A stretch of DNA of 64,000 nt from the human T2T-CHM13v2.0 reference genome, Homo sapiens, in the NCBI RefSeq assembly GCF_009914755.1, contig NC_060936.1. One strand, 5' to 3'. Each line of letters begins with the position of its first letter. Position 1 is the first letter of the stretch. Below, piece by piece: positions 60,245 through 64,000 of the stretch. A model generated the notes under the pieces. The model made no database searches. It was not told the origin of the DNA and worked only from the letters and a program-made list of their open reading frames with translations. Position numbers and translations under genes: made by a program.

Positions 60245-60490
60245 AGGAGTAAACTGAAATGTCCAGAATACGCAAATCCATATAGAGAAAAAGTTTAGTG
60301 GTTGCCAGGAGCTGCGGGGAGAGGAGTATAGGAATAACTGCTAATAGGTGAGGAGTTTTCTGGGGTGATGTAAATGTTCTGCAATTAGACTGTGCTGATG
60401 GTTGCACAATTTTGCGCATATACTAAAAACCAGTGAACTATATAATTTAAACAAACGAATTTCATTGTACGTGAATTATATCTCAATTAC
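60245..60490 (+). mobile_element. L1M 3'-end fragment
   Basis: AAATGTCCAGAATA...AAATCCATATAGAG...TTAGTGGTTGCCAGG...GATGGTTGCACAA...GTGAATTATATCTCAAT. Confidence 0.8.
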
Positions 60491-60948
60491 TTATACATAT
60501 CGAACCTTTCAAAAATACAAAGCATGGCATTATATGCAAGACATTATTTATAGAAAGCATTAAGAAGGAAAAATTGAAGTCAATATAAAAGTAGATAACA
60601 AACTTTATAAAAGATTAAAGCAATATGACATAAATGTAGCCTGGTGATCTTGGAAACTTCAGGAAATAGAACTTTTCTTGAATATTAAGAACATTTCAGT
60701 GACTCAAAGATAGTAATGCTAAGAGCTGTATTTCACCAGGAGTCAAAGAAATACATAAATAATTTTACAGAATTTAAATATATATTTCATTTTACTGACT
60801 AGAACTGATATTCTAATACTTATTTGTAACCCTGATGTCACCTATGCTATACTTTTCTAGAGTAAGTTTTTCTCCACAAATTCAACTCATAGTATTGATT
60901 TCAGACAAGACCATAGGAGACAAAAATAATTTAAAACAAAATTTTTTT

Positions 60949-63290
<2,342 letters not shown>

Positions 63291-64000
63291 AACTAGATAA
63301 ATGTTTCTTGAGGTAATTAATATTTGTTGTTTGTTAGGGTGGAAAGAAAAGGACCCTCACCTACAGTGCTGGAAACAATGTATAATCTTTCAGTAGGGCA
63401 AACTGACACTACAAAAATTTTTATACATTGTATACTCTGGGCACAGCAATTCCACCTATAGGAACTTGTATTAAAATGCTTATATAAGTGCACTATATAT
63501 GTACAAGACTATCCCATGAAACATAATGTACAATATAATAAACTAGAACAACAACCCAAATAGCTATCAATAAAAAGCTGGTTAAATAAACTACAGTAAC
63601 TACACAAATACCATGTGGCAAATTAAAATAATAAGAAATCCAAAAAATAATAAAGGGAAGTATGGAAAGATGTCCAATACATACTGTTACATGATAAAGG
63701 CAAGCTGTGCAACAGTAGCATAGCAAGATATGATTTTTTAAATAAAAATACCTCAATGCTAGTTTATGTGCACAGAAAAATGTCTGGGTCACTATAAACC
63801 AAACATTTATCAATGGTTATCTCTGGGTGGGATTACAGAGTAGTTTTCACTTTCCACATACATTTCTGTACTGTCTTAATTTTTACCATGGGAATTTATT
63901 ATAATATCTTTGGGTTTCTTCATTTTTTTTTTTTTGAGATGGAGTCTCACTCTGTCACCCAAGCTGGAGTGCAACGGCACGATCTCAGCTCACTGCAACC

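Overview
This is primate genomic DNA, almost certainly human chr12q13 (recognised from memory, not by a database search), and is very Alu-dense. Two genes lie in tandem on the minus strand. KANSL2 (NSL/MOF complex subunit) is complete: a non-coding exon 1 in a CpG island at ~36.2 kb and nine coding exons that I spliced by hand into a 492-aa ORF ending at 8067. CCNT1 (cyclin T1) is present from exon 3 to exon 9 plus a long 3'UTR; exons 1-2 lie beyond the window. KANSL2 introns 7, 8 and 9 host three paralogous H/ACA snoRNAs (SNORA2B, SNORA2A, SNORA2C/SNORA34 overlapping MIR1291). The most striking signal is KANSL2's non-canonical splicing. Intron 7 is U12-type and contains a second U12-like acceptor that opens a MIR-derived, stop-containing candidate exon. 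Introns 5 and 9 use GC donors, intron 9 carries an internal AATAAA, and intron 1 is an open in-frame 183-codon extension starting at an ATG inside the 5' splice site. Together these could uncouple snoRNA/miRNA output from protein output (inference). Other observations: a templated 27-bp inverted repeat bracketing CCNT1 exon 4, a second templated insertion nearby, an in-frame CCNT1-KANSL2 read-through junction, truncated U6 and 5S retrocopies, and Tigger/MER/MLT/L1/L2/MIR relics. Most ORF-track entries are Alu-derived noise.
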